Part shown: positions 52,242 to 62,188 of the stretch, one piece after another
How the letters are laid out: every line of letters starts with the position of its first letter
How positions within the stretch are numbered: position 1 is the first letter of the stretch
Source: an uncultured Nitrososphaeraceae archaeon
GTDB taxonomy: Archaea > Thermoproteota > Nitrososphaeria > Nitrososphaerales > Nitrososphaeraceae
Reading direction: 5' to 3'
DNA: 64,000 bases
NCBI GenBank assembly: GCA_963729045.1
Contig: CAVSMN010000009.1
Coordinates: 32,001-96,000, forward strand
Position numbers and translations under genes: made by a program
Notes under the pieces: generated by a model
Database searches by the model: none
What the model saw: only the letters and a program-made list of their open reading frames with translations
Told to the model about the DNA's origin: nothing

Positions 52242-53135
52242 CTATTTTGTAATTATATGACTCAGATTCTCCAATATAAAGATTGTATGTTCTGCCTGAG
52301 ATACAACTTTGTTATTACCCTCAACAAGAATAGGATAGGATCTAATATTTTTCTTCTTAATAAGATAGTCTAACATTTCACGAGCTTTAGATTCAGTGAA
52401 ATCATTTACTAGCCAACGTAACGCAAATGGAAGTGTTTTAAACCTATTCCATAGATATATGATGAATTCATCCGTGTCCTTATTTTTAGTAGGTTTTCTT
52501 GATACTAGTGAAAAAATATTTCTGGTCTTACCCTCATAAACTATGCCTAGTCCATCTTTAGTTGTTACAAATGGTTCTATTGCGTAGGCCTGATTAGGCA
52601 TTAGTGAAAATGAAGGTCCATAAGTCTTAATGTTAGGGATAGATTTTCCGGCATGTATGACATACTGTTCTAAAGAATGTCCACTAAGATTTTGAATCGG
52701 TTTTAGACCATTGTAGGTTATGGTATTCTCAATTGTTTTTCCAATATCACTTGATTTAGTAGCACGCTTTGCAATCTTGGTAGCTTCATATAATGACAAT
52801 TCTGCTATTTTTATTAATTGATCATATTTTGAATCATATGAAACAGTAACTGCGGTATCTGCAACGTAACCATCTATATGTACGCCTAAATCAATTTTAA
52901 CAACGTCAGTATCCTTTATCACAATTTGATCGTCTGGTTCAGCAGTATAATGAGCAGCTATCTCATTCAAACTAATATTAACAGGAAAAGCAGGTTGACC
53001 ACCTCGCTCATTTATTTCACTCTCGATAGAATCACATATTTCATAAAGTGTCCTACCGACATGATTTTTTTTCCTAGCGTTTTCTCTAACTTGAGCAGCT
53101 ATTCGACCTGCACGAATATAATTATCTAGAGACAT
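52242..53135 (-). CDS. map: Methionine aminopeptidase type II
   Basis: AFPVN..NEIAAHYT, KIDLGVHIDGY.AD, NLSGH, AIEPF, QAEHT. Confidence 0.96.
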   Translation of the reverse strand: MSLDNYIRAGRIAAQVRENARKKNHVGRTLYEICDSIESEINERGGQPAFPVNISLNEIAAHYTAEPDDQIVIKDTDVVKIDLGVHIDGYVADTAVTVSYDSKYDQLIKIAELSLYEATKIAKRATKSSDIGKTIENTITYNGLKPIQNLSGHSLEQYVIHAGKSIPNIKTYGPSFSLMPNQAYAIEPFVTTKDGLGIVYEGKTRNIFSLVSRKPTKNKDTDEFIIYLWNRFKTLPFALRWLVNDFTESKAREMLDYLIKKKNIRSYPILVEGNNKVVSQAEHTIFILENLSHIITK

Positions 53136-53237
53136 GAATTAGAGATAATAACCCCCCACAATATAACAATAATGCAAATAATGATTTATATTAATTGAAA
53201 TAAGATTAAAATTAGACAAAAAATTTCTCATTAGAAA

Positions 53238-53311
53238 GGGATCGTAGTCTAGCTTGGTAGGATGCCAGCCTTGGGCGCTGGAGGTCGTCGGTTCAAATCC
53301 GGCCGGTCCCA
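53238..53311 (+). tRNA. trnP: tRNA-Pro(UGG), intronless, CCA not encoded
   Basis: GGGATCG/CGGTCCC acceptor; CCAGC-CT-TGG-GC-GCTGG anticodon arm; GTTCAAATC T-loop. Confidence 0.96.
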
Positions 53312-53346
53312 TTATTAATTAATAGCCAAAAACAAAAAGAAAAAAA

Positions 53347-53751
53347 TTATACTCTTCTGCCTCTACGACCACCAGGTTTTCTAGTAGTATCATGAGGAAC
53401 TGGGGTAACGTCATCTATTCTACCTATACGAAATCCAGCTCGAGCCAGGGCTCTTATGGCAGCCTGAGCACCAGGACCAGGAATTCTTGGTCCAACTCCA
53501 CCTACTGCTCTTACGCGTATATGGAGTGCATTAATACCCTTTGTTTTGGCAGCGTCAGCTGCAGAAACGGCAGATTTCATAGCTGCATACGGAGAAGATT
53601 CATAACGATCTGCTGTTACATGGCGTCCGCCCGAACTAATGGAAATAGTTTCTGCACCGCTTATGTCTGTTATATGGACTAAAGTATTATTATAACTACT
53701 AAAAATATGGGCTACCCCCCATTTATATTGAGTAATTTCCTCTTGTGACAT
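53347..53751 (-). CDS. rps11: 30S ribosomal protein S11 (uS11)
   Basis: [41 protein letters not shown]. Confidence 0.98.
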   Translation of the reverse strand: MSQEEITQYKWGVAHIFSSYNNTLVHITDISGAETISISSGGRHVTADRYESSPYAAMKSAVSAADAAKTKGINALHIRVRAVGGVGPRIPGPGAQAAIRALARAGFRIGRIDDVTPVPHDTTRKPGGRRGRRV

Positions 53752-53790
53752 GAATGTAGAATTTTTTGATTGTCACATTTAAAAACCTTC

Positions 53791-54819
53791 TTAAGTAAAA
53801 TGCGTATATCCTTTTTTTTTAAGCAATTTCTTATTTCCATTGGAAGTGAGAACAAATACTCGCCCATTCCCACTAACTACTTTGCCGATAATATACAATT
53901 TTAGTTGATGCATTTTCAAAATCTTGGAAATTTCCAGTAGATTTTTTTCTGATATTGTTCCTACTATATTGTATTCCTCACCTCCATAAAATACTAGGTC
54001 GTGAAAATCAAGATTATTTATTGATAAAAACTCCTTCAATTTTGGTGGAATAGGAATCTTGTCCTCCTCTATTAGTAAGTTCACTCCACTTTGTTTTGAT
54101 AGCTCTTGTAGTGAAGAGGCAAGGCCATCACTAGAATCCATGGATGAAGAAAAATAATGGGCAATAAATATTCCAAATTCATAAGAAGGAGAAGGTTTTA
54201 AGACGGAATCAATCGATCTTTTTCTAAAGTAACTATCTGGGCTTGATAGATTGTTTATTAGAATTTTCAATCCTGAAGAACTATAACCGAAAATACCAGA
54301 AACAACCACATAATCACCAATACATGCCCCATTTCTTCTAGGTATGTTTGCTACCGAAGATAAAGATCCAAACATACAGCAATCAATTATGATTTCCTTA
54401 GATTCATTAATATCACCACCAACAATATCTATTCCAAACTCTTTTGAAGCTAAAGACAACCCATTAATTAGTCTAGAAATTTCAGAGTTTTTTAATGATT
54501 TGGGTAACCCTAATGATATTAAAGCGGCTTTTGGCATTATTCCTTTTGAAACCAGATCACTCACACTAGAAACCACAGATTTTCGGGCTATTTGTTCAAA
54601 TGTCATTTTGGGTGGGACGTCAGTATGTTCAACTAACATGTCACACGTAACAGCCAAAAATTTATTATCATTAAATTCATTAGATGAAGAATTTAATGAA
54701 TCTAAAGGCATAATTGATATGTCATCCTTACCTAAATATGGTTCCATATTATTGTTACCAAATTTAGATACAATTAAATTCAGTATTTGTTTCTCATTAA
54801 ATTTTTTCATAGATTTCAA
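53791..54819 (-). CDS. thiL: Thiamine-monophosphate kinase
   Basis: GKDD, DMLVEHTD, SDL, IVGGD, MDSSDGL, GGEEY. Confidence 0.92.
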   Translation of the reverse strand: MKSMKKFNEKQILNLIVSKFGNNNMEPYLGKDDISIMPLDSLNSSSNEFNDNKFLAVTCDMLVEHTDVPPKMTFEQIARKSVVSSVSDLVSKGIMPKAALISLGLPKSLKNSEISRLINGLSLASKEFGIDIVGGDINESKEIIIDCCMFGSLSSVANIPRRNGACIGDYVVVSGIFGYSSSGLKILINNLSSPDSYFRKRSIDSVLKPSPSYEFGIFIAHYFSSSMDSSDGLASSLQELSKQSGVNLLIEEDKIPIPPKLKEFLSINNLDFHDLVFYGGEEYNIVGTISEKNLLEISKILKMHQLKLYIIGKVVSGNGRVFVLTSNGNKKLLKKKGYTHFT

Positions 54820-56122
54820 TTATTTTATTATGAAATAATTTATACATAGAATCTACTTTTTCTTTTGTTGACTCCAATGATATTCTAAATGCATGTTCGG
54901 TATTTGAGAAACGTATAAGAATCCAAGAACTTTCGTCCAGAATAAATTTCAAACCATCAGTATATAATACATCTGTTGAATAGGATTTTAACGAAGATAG
55001 TATTTTCTCAAAGAGATATTTACTATCAATTTTAGGATCTATAGAATGCTTTGTTCGTATTTGTTTAAATTTTGAAGATAGATTCATACATTCATTAATT
55101 GTATTCTGATCTAATGAGCTGATAATAACGCTCGCCAATAACCCATCCCTACAAGAAGTAAAGCTTGGCATGATGAATCCCCCGCTACTTCCCTCTCCAC
55201 CTGCTTGTGAATCGGTTTCAAAAATCCTTTTTATCACGTTTGATTCTCCAACTTTAGATACAAAGACTTGACCACCATGATTATTGACATATTGTTCAAT
55301 TGAGAGACTAGAGTCGAGGCTAATGGTAAATCTTTTGAATCCGTTATTGCGTACAACGCCAGCAATACATAACAATAAAGTCGAATCAGGATTAAGCTGA
55401 ATGCCTTCATTGTTAACGATTACCAGTCGATCCCCATCCAAGTCAAAGGCAAAACCAAAATTCAACTTATTTATTTTAACTAATTCACATAATTCCACCA
55501 AGGGATCAGACGTTGGGTCGGGACCACGAGAAGAGAATCCCAGCTTGTCATTTATTCCAAGATATTTTACATGATAGGAATCAAGCAACTGATTAGCATA
55601 ATTGCATGCTGCCCCCCCTCCAAAATCGATACCAACTTTGAAATTATCATTTGATTGATTTGGTTGTGGAATATAGTTTGTTATATCGTTCAAAAAGCTG
55701 GCATTAATTTTGAAATATTGGCCAATTTTAACATGATCTTGGATTTTCGTTTTTAATACCTGATCTAAATCTTCCTCAAATAATCCTCTCCCTTTTATAA
55801 GCATCTTCAACCCATTCCAAGTTAGCGGGTTATGTGATGCTGTAATCATTAAAGCACCAGAATATTTTCTGGACTCTCTAAACAAAACTGGTGTAGGTGC
55901 AATACCTAGATCATAAACATTAATCCCTTGTTCTAAAAGACATCCGATTACGATATCTGTAATTATGCCTCCTGATGGTCTACTATCTCTTGCAATTACA
56001 CAAGTCTGCATATCATAATTATTTTTCAAATAAGATCCATAAACCCTAGAAAAACGGGCTATCTCTTGTATACTAAGGTCATCTCCAAATATCCCCCTTA
56101 TTCCTGAGATAGATATCTTCAC
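54797..56122 (-). CDS. Phosphomannomutase/phosphoglucomutase family; likely GTG start at 56122
   Basis: SISGIRG, ITASHNP, DLDGDR, KVGE, GGEGS, IR.SNTE. Confidence 0.9.
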   Translation of the reverse strand: MKISISGIRGIFGDDLSIQEIARFSRVYGSYLKNNYDMQTCVIARDSRPSGGIITDIVIGCLLEQGINVYDLGIAPTPVLFRESRKYSGALMITASHNPLTWNGLKMLIKGRGLFEEDLDQVLKTKIQDHVKIGQYFKINASFLNDITNYIPQPNQSNDNFKVGIDFGGGAACNYANQLLDSYHVKYLGINDKLGFSSRGPDPTSDPLVELCELVKINKLNFGFAFDLDGDRLVIVNNEGIQLNPDSTLLLCIAGVVRNNGFKRFTISLDSSLSIEQYVNNHGGQVFVSKVGESNVIKRIFETDSQAGGEGSSGGFIMPSFTSCRDGLLASVIISSLDQNTINECMNLSSKFKQIRTKHSIDPKIDSKYLFEKILSSLKSYSTDVLYTDGLKFILDESSWILIRFSNTEHAFRISLESTKEKVDSMYKLFHNKIIEIYEKI

Positions 56123-56184
56123 GAAAATAATGAGGTAGATGCAATAATTTATGTTAACTGGATTAAAAAAAGAAAAGTAATAGA

Positions 56185-56595
56185 TCAGGAGAAACGCGAA
56201 CCGGTCAACAGTACTTCGCATTGTTCACAGATTCTTTTGTCTATATTTGACTCAATACTATGGTGGACATCACATATTATGAAAGTATATCGCATAAAAT
56301 TACATAGTTGAATAAATTTTGTCATCGTACTTGGAGAATAAGCATTATTTGTAGAAAGATCTTTGGATATATCGTTTATCATTTTCATAACTTCAAAATT
56401 ATCTTCCAGTTTAGCTACCAATGAAAGATCGCCCCGTGTTCCTCTGATGTAATTACTAACTGCAGCTTGAGTAATCCCAAGAAGTTTTGCTACAGTCTCT
56501 TCTTTAAGATCATAATCTCGAATTAATCTTTTAGACAAAATAGCACGAATAGCAGGAATCAAAGATTTGGATTCAATTTCAGAGGGTAACAACAT
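56185..56595 (-). CDS. Archaeal XRE-type HTH regulator (ThiR N-domain-like) with a Cys/His C-terminus
   Basis: LPSEIE...IPAIRA, VAKLLGITQAAVSNY..G.RG, C..H, CEQC. Confidence 0.85.
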   Translation of the reverse strand: MLLPSEIESKSLIPAIRAILSKRLIRDYDLKEETVAKLLGITQAAVSNYIRGTRGDLSLVAKLEDNFEVMKMINDISKDLSTNNAYSPSTMTKFIQLCNFMRYTFIICDVHHSIESNIDKRICEQCEVLLTGSRFS

Positions 56596-56676
56596 AATAA
56601 TAATTCCTAAATTTCTAATTATATAAAGATTTTTTTAAAAATTAAAATAAACAAAAAATAATTGGGTGATATGGAT

Positions 56677-56970
56677 TTAGCCTTCTTCCCAGCCTTTATC
56701 AAATACACCGTTTTTATGTAATGGAACTGGTTGGCCTGCAGTATATTCTAATGGTCTCATCCAGAATATAGCATGAGTTGGACAAACACCTAGACATGCA
56801 CCGTCAGAAATACATCTCTCGGGATAAAAGACAAATGCTTTGCCTCTTTTCCAACCTTCAACAGGTTTAACACGAAGTACATCCGGACCTAATGCGGTAC
56901 AAATTTCTACACAAAGCGCACACCCAATGCATCTTTGTTCATCAACATCTGGAAGTATAGCAATTGGCAT
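56677..56970 (-). CDS. Dicluster ferredoxin
   Basis: CIGCALCVEIC and CISDGACLGVCP. Confidence 0.93.
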   Translation of the reverse strand: MPIAILPDVDEQRCIGCALCVEICTALGPDVLRVKPVEGWKRGKAFVFYPERCISDGACLGVCPTHAIFWMRPLEYTAGQPVPLHKNGVFDKGWEEG

Positions 56971-57070
56971 CTAATAATTCACTACTCGTCTTGTAACGAT
57001 AAAACTATTTAAACTATATGCCAATAACAAAACAGTGTTATACAAAAGATAAAAAACTAGATAGTAATAT

Positions 57071-57292
57071 CTATTTTTTAATTTGACGCATTACGTCTAC
57101 TTGACCACTATGAAGCCAGTCTTTTAATTCTTCATGTGATGGTTTTGCATCATGCTTACCCTGAAGATGAAGATGGAGTAATACATAATTTACCTGATTC
57201 AATAAAACCTTGTTGGCTTCATCGCCCTTGCGAGCTTTTGCTTTTAATTCCTCCGGAACGGTTGCCCACCATTCCTCAAATGATCTTACCAT
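57071..57292 (-). CDS. Small His-containing helical protein; untagged paralog of 4256-4519
   Basis: Near-identical to 4256-4519 over the C-terminal ~55 aa. Confidence 0.85.
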   Translation of the reverse strand: MVRSFEEWWATVPEELKAKARKGDEANKVLLNQVNYVLLHLHLQGKHDAKPSHEELKDWLHSGQVDVMRQIKK

Positions 57293-57421
57293 TAAAAAAT
57301 CAGCGCTTAGTTACTTTATAAATATTTTGAAATATTAAACCACAAATATAGAAATTAGCATGAAAAAGTCTTAAAATTACGACCTAGAAAATACATATAA
57401 CCTATAATCAGTTTTTAAGGT

Positions 57422-58249
57422 ATGCCCTTTTTGATTGATGATATTAATTACGCACAAAAGGAATTAAACACATTTAGATTAAAAACCTCGGGCATCAGAG
57501 ATGGGTCCATCCATGAGAGATTCATTTTTCCTTTTCTTTGCGGTTCATATTTCACATACAGAAAGGTAGACGTAGAAAGAATAACCTCAATAGCTAAAGC
57601 GGTATCTAAAGATCCAACTTACTTAGATGTTGGATGTGGTTATGGCGATTTCTTGGAAAAAATTATTCAATATTTACCTAATGCAGAAGGTATTGAAAAG
57701 AGCGCCGACATATTTTTCAAATTAAGAAGATACAAGCCAGATTATATTAAAATTGGTGATGCATATAATGGAATAGAAAAAAAATATGATCTAATATTTG
57801 TTGGATGGATGGAGCCTGGGGTCGATTACAGGGATAAAATTGCTGCAAGTACAGATGTAATAATTACAACTTTCGATAAGGGTGGACAATGTGGAATGAA
57901 TGGAGAATGCGAAATGGATGAGTATGGGTTTGAAAAAATAGCAAGCTGGATAACTCCATCCTGGATTGACGTTAATACAGAACTATTGAACAAATATTAT
58001 TCAAAAATACCACACAGAACCATTGAATTTTTAAAACAGCTAAGGGGAGCGCACAATTTATGGTATGTTTATTCTAAACCAAAATACAAAGACATCATAA
58101 AAGAAACATTAATCAAATCTAGTAAAAAAGATTACAGTAAGGATGTTTATGAGCATGAAAAAATCTTGGATGAATGTGGGTTTAGTTATAATGAAATGCT
58201 CCCTTCAAATCCGGATATTTGCTTATGGAAAATAAAATTTGAGGAATAA
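57422..58249 (+). CDS. Class I SAM-dependent methyltransferase-like protein, copy A
   Basis: YLDVGCGYGDF motif I, GIE motif II, KYDLIF motif IV. Confidence 0.85.
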   Translation: MPFLIDDINYAQKELNTFRLKTSGIRDGSIHERFIFPFLCGSYFTYRKVDVERITSIAKAVSKDPTYLDVGCGYGDFLEKIIQYLPNAEGIEKSADIFFKLRRYKPDYIKIGDAYNGIEKKYDLIFVGWMEPGVDYRDKIAASTDVIITTFDKGGQCGMNGECEMDEYGFEKIASWITPSWIDVNTELLNKYYSKIPHRTIEFLKQLRGAHNLWYVYSKPKYKDIIKETLIKSSKKDYSKDVYEHEKILDECGFSYNEMLPSNPDICLWKIKFEE

Positions 58250-59058
58250 TGCCTCCAGAAATAAATGATTTAGGTATTGCATTAAATGCATTAAAAGAAT
58301 TTAGAAAATATTCTATTTCATCTCATCATGAGAGATTCATTTTTCCTTTTCTTTGCGGTTCATATTTCACATACAGAAAGGTAGACGTAGAAAGAATAAC
58401 CTCAATAGCTAAAGCGGTATCTAAAGATCCAACTTACTTAGATGTTGGATGTGGTTATGGCGATTTCTTGGAAAAAATTATTCAATATTTACCTAATGCA
58501 GAAGGTATTGAAAAGAGCGCCGACATATTTTTCAAATTAAGAAGATACAAGCCAGATTATATTAAAATTGGTGATGCATATAATGGAATAGAAAAAAAAT
58601 ATGATCTAATATTTGTTGGATGGATGGAGCCTGGGGTCGATTACAGGGATAAAATTGCTGCAAGTACAGATGTAATAATTACAACTTTGGATCAAGGTTT
58701 GAGCCTTGCAGTAGAGTTTGAGGGACACGGGTTTGAAAAAATAGCAAGCTGGATAACTCCATCCTGGGATGATATAAACACAGAAATAACTAACAAATAT
58801 TATTCAAAAATACCACACAGAACCATTGAATTTTTAAAACAGCTAAGGGGAGCGCACAATTTATGGTATGTTTATTCTAAACCAAAATACAAAGACATCA
58901 TAAAAGAAACATTAAGAAAATGTCTTAAATATGAAGGGCAAAGGGAAATACATACATATGAATTTGAGGATGTTTTAGATGACGCAGGATATGGATATTT
59001 AGAGAGCATTAAAAGTAGTAATGAAGAGTATCTATTGTGGAATATTGATTTTAGTTAG
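58249..59058 (+). CDS. Class I SAM-dependent methyltransferase-like protein, copy B (TAATG overlap with A)
   Basis: Same motifs; DNA identical to copy A over three blocks. Confidence 0.85.
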   Translation: MPPEINDLGIALNALKEFRKYSISSHHERFIFPFLCGSYFTYRKVDVERITSIAKAVSKDPTYLDVGCGYGDFLEKIIQYLPNAEGIEKSADIFFKLRRYKPDYIKIGDAYNGIEKKYDLIFVGWMEPGVDYRDKIAASTDVIITTLDQGLSLAVEFEGHGFEKIASWITPSWDDINTEITNKYYSKIPHRTIEFLKQLRGAHNLWYVYSKPKYKDIIKETLRKCLKYEGQREIHTYEFEDVLDDAGYGYLESIKSSNEEYLLWNIDFS

Positions 59059-59105
59059 TAATAATGCAAAAAGACTAATATGATAAATAAATTAAGTAGT
59101 TTTCA

Positions 59106-60368
59106 TTGAAAGTTACAACGTTAGGAGCTGCCAGAGAAGTTGGAAGATCCGCATTCTTGATTAATTCAAATAATACAAATATTCTACTAGATTACGGAGT
59201 TCTTTTGAAGAAGGAACCTCTTTTTCCGATTCAAGTGAATCCAAAGGATATTGATGCAGTCGTAATAACTCATGCACATCTGGATCATTCAGGATGTGCT
59301 CCATCCCTTTTTCTTCAAGAAGATTCAAATCTAGAAGCTTTAGCAACTATGCCTACATTTGAACTCTCCGAGCTACTAATTCAAGATATGATAAAAATAT
59401 CAGGCTTCTATCTTCCTTTTCAGTATCATGATTTAGTGAACATGTTAAATCATGCAAGACATCTAGATTACAAGAGTAGTCACACCATAAGGGACACAAA
59501 CATTACTTTTCATGAATCGGGACACGTTATCGGTGGTGCAACAGTTTTAGTTGAATCAGATGGAAAAAAACTGTTCTATACCGGCGATATGAATACACGA
59601 GGTTCCAAGGTTCTGAGACCTGCCGACCTTGATGTAGGCGAAATTGATATGTTAATAATTGAGAGTACTTATTCCCAAGCAGAGCAGGTTCCCAGGGAAC
59701 AATCTGAAAGGGAATTAGTAAAATTTGCAAAGGAAGTGGTCGAGAGGAACGGTGTATTTTTTATACCTGCATTTTCTGTGGAAAGAGCCCAAGAAATTGC
59801 TTGCGTACTTAAAACATATAATTTTCCATACAAAATTGCTATGGATGGGATGGCATTAAAAACCAATGATATCATGCTCAGATATCCAAAGTATCTTAGA
59901 GACCCTCAGATGTTTAAGAGTTCGATTGAAGATGTTGAAAGAATAACAAGCTGGCAAAGAAGGAAAAGGGTAGTTAAAGAACCCGGAGTAATAATTTCTC
60001 CGGCTGGTATGTTAGTTGGCGGTACAGCGGTTTTTTATATAGAGGAAATTTGCAAGAGCCAATACAATGGAATTGCTCTGGTTTCCTATCAAGGGGAGGG
60101 AACGCCAGGAAGATCTTTACTCGATAAGAGACAAGTAACTTATAATGGAAGAACAATAAAATGTTTGGCAGAAGTAAATAGATTTGACTTTTCAGGACAT
60201 AATAGTAGGACAGAATTATTTGAGATTTTAGATAAGGTGAAAGGAAACCCTCAAGTAATGACTGTTCATGGCGATAACTTATCATGCACCAAATTTGCAG
60301 AAGAAATTATTGAAAAGTATGGGTATAAGGCTCATGCTCCAGAAGCCGGTGAGATAACCACGGTTTAA
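59106..60368 (+). CDS. Metallo-beta-lactamase beta-CASP ribonuclease (aCPSF-like, no KH domains)
   Basis: LGAAREVGRS, THAHLDHSG, GHVIG, YTGD, IESTY, FSGH, VHG. Confidence 0.92.
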   Translation: MKVTTLGAAREVGRSAFLINSNNTNILLDYGVLLKKEPLFPIQVNPKDIDAVVITHAHLDHSGCAPSLFLQEDSNLEALATMPTFELSELLIQDMIKISGFYLPFQYHDLVNMLNHARHLDYKSSHTIRDTNITFHESGHVIGGATVLVESDGKKLFYTGDMNTRGSKVLRPADLDVGEIDMLIIESTYSQAEQVPREQSERELVKFAKEVVERNGVFFIPAFSVERAQEIACVLKTYNFPYKIAMDGMALKTNDIMLRYPKYLRDPQMFKSSIEDVERITSWQRRKRVVKEPGVIISPAGMLVGGTAVFYIEEICKSQYNGIALVSYQGEGTPGRSLLDKRQVTYNGRTIKCLAEVNRFDFSGHNSRTELFEILDKVKGNPQVMTVHGDNLSCTKFAEEIIEKYGYKAHAPEAGEITTV

Positions 60369-60427
60369 CCAAGAAAAGAATACAATGTTACATATAACAG
60401 CAACCCCCTGGTAAAATTTTCTTACAA

Positions 60428-61309
60428 TTGAATAGCAGATGTACTCTCAATATTAATTCAACCATTAATAGCGGACAATCCTTTCTTTGGGAAAAAAGAG
60501 ATAAATCATGGTATGGAATATATGAAGAATCGATATTAAAAATAACTGAATATGAAAACAATGGTGAAAAAGCATACGAATATGATTCTTTTCCTAAAAT
60601 AGAGAACTGGCAACAGCATGTATTTAGATTTGATGACAAATACGATCAGATTATGAATGAAATTTCTGGAAAGGACATAATAATAGACAATGTAACGAAA
60701 AAATATCCGGGATTACGAATTATGAGACAAAGACCAATTCAATGTATTATATCATTCCTATGTTCTAGTAATAACAATATCCCAAGAATTCGACTGATAT
60801 TGAGAAATCTCTCCAAGAAATTTGGAAAAAAAGTGGAATGGGATAGTAATGAATTTTATACATTTCCAAGTCTAACAACGCTACACACTACTTCTGTACC
60901 AGAACTCTTACTTTGTGGATTAGGATATAGAGCAGAATTTGTAATAAAAACAGTAAGAGAAATAGTAAAACAAGAAACTGACATGGTAAAATTAGCAGAA
61001 ATGGATTACGATAAAGCAAAACAAGAAATATTGAAGTTAAGTGGAGTTGGAGACAAAATAGCAGATTGTATATTATTATTTTCTTTAAACAAATTAGAAG
61101 CATTTCCAATTGATACTTGGATTATAAAATTTTTTCAAAAAAAATTGAATCAAATCTTAGACGAAGATATGAAAATAAATGAAAAGATTACTCCCAACCA
61201 ATATAGAGTGTTATCGAAAAAAATTAGAGAACACTATGGAAGATATTCTGGATATGCCCAGCAATATCTTTATTATAGTATCAGAGAAGAAAATGGAAGA
61301 AAATGGTAG
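60428..61309 (+). CDS. ogg: 8-oxoguanine DNA glycosylase/AP lyase (OGG1-type HhH-GPD)
   Basis: TINSGQSF.W, GLRIMRQ, SSNNNIPRI, GLGYRA, GVGDKIADC, FPIDTW. Confidence 0.9.
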   Translation: MNSRCTLNINSTINSGQSFLWEKRDKSWYGIYEESILKITEYENNGEKAYEYDSFPKIENWQQHVFRFDDKYDQIMNEISGKDIIIDNVTKKYPGLRIMRQRPIQCIISFLCSSNNNIPRIRLILRNLSKKFGKKVEWDSNEFYTFPSLTTLHTTSVPELLLCGLGYRAEFVIKTVREIVKQETDMVKLAEMDYDKAKQEILKLSGVGDKIADCILLFSLNKLEAFPIDTWIIKFFQKKLNQILDEDMKINEKITPNQYRVLSKKIREHYGRYSGYAQQYLYYSIREENGRKW

Positions 61310-61324
61310 TAGGCTATAATCCAT

Positions 61325-62111
61325 CTACTTATTTCTCTTTTTTTTATTATCGGTCGATTTCTTTGAAGATTTAGAAGTTGATTTCCTAGAACTGGAGGGC
61401 GTATTTTTTGTTGTTTTGGTGGACGTCCTAGAACTAGAGGGCGTATTTTTTGTTGTTTTGGTGGACGTCCTAGAACTAGAGGGCGTATTTTTTGTTGTTT
61501 TGGTTGTAACATTTTTCTCTATTTTTAGTATTCTTTTATCCATTTCCTTAAGTAAAGATTGAGTCTGTTTAATAGATACGGACTGCTTTTCAATAGAATT
61601 GAGACCTTTTTGTAATGGTTGCGTTACTTTTTGTATCTTTTGAATTTCTTTAAACAGTTTATCCACATTCTTATTAATGATCTCTAAGTTTTTCGTTATA
61701 GGAGTTAAATCAATGTCCCTATGATCAGAACTCTTTTTCATAGTTTCCTTTCTACTTGCGCGATTCGATTTTCCCTCTTCATCTTCATCATCCTCATCAT
61801 CTTCATCATCCTCTTCATCATCCTCTTCATCATCCTCTTCATCATCCTCTTCATCATCCTCATTCATCATCCTCTTCTAATTCTAATTCTAATTCATCAT
61901 CCTCTTCATCATCCTCTTCTAATTCTTTTTCTAATTCTTTTTCTAATTCTTCTTTTTTATCTTCGTTATTATCTTCTTTTTTATCTTCGTTATTATCTAA
62001 ATTATTAGATTTTGAAGTGTCATCATCTAGAGATAGAACGTGATCATCAGCTACTATTAATTTCTCTTTTTTATTAATGATAATAGGAAAATATTGAACT
62101 TCTAAAGACAT
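61325..62111 (-). CDS. Charge-segregated protein (acidic N-terminus, coiled coil, basic Ser/Thr repeat C-terminus) split by one +1 insertion at 61862
   Basis: Removing the extra base in the (GAGGATGATGAA)n tract fuses the two ORFs into ~261 aa; 42-bp repeat x3 at 61385-61504. Confidence 0.7.
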
Positions 62112-62188
62112 ATCTATACAGTGAAATAAAATACCAAATATTAAAACTGATCTCTATAAAATATTACAAAGTAATAAAAAAATACTAG

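Noticed and set aside
57422..59058. Diversity-generating retroelement TR/VR pair or DNA restriction-modification MTases
   Set aside because: Differences are block-wise rather than adenine-specific; no reverse transcriptase nearby; no DPPY/NPPY/PC motifs.
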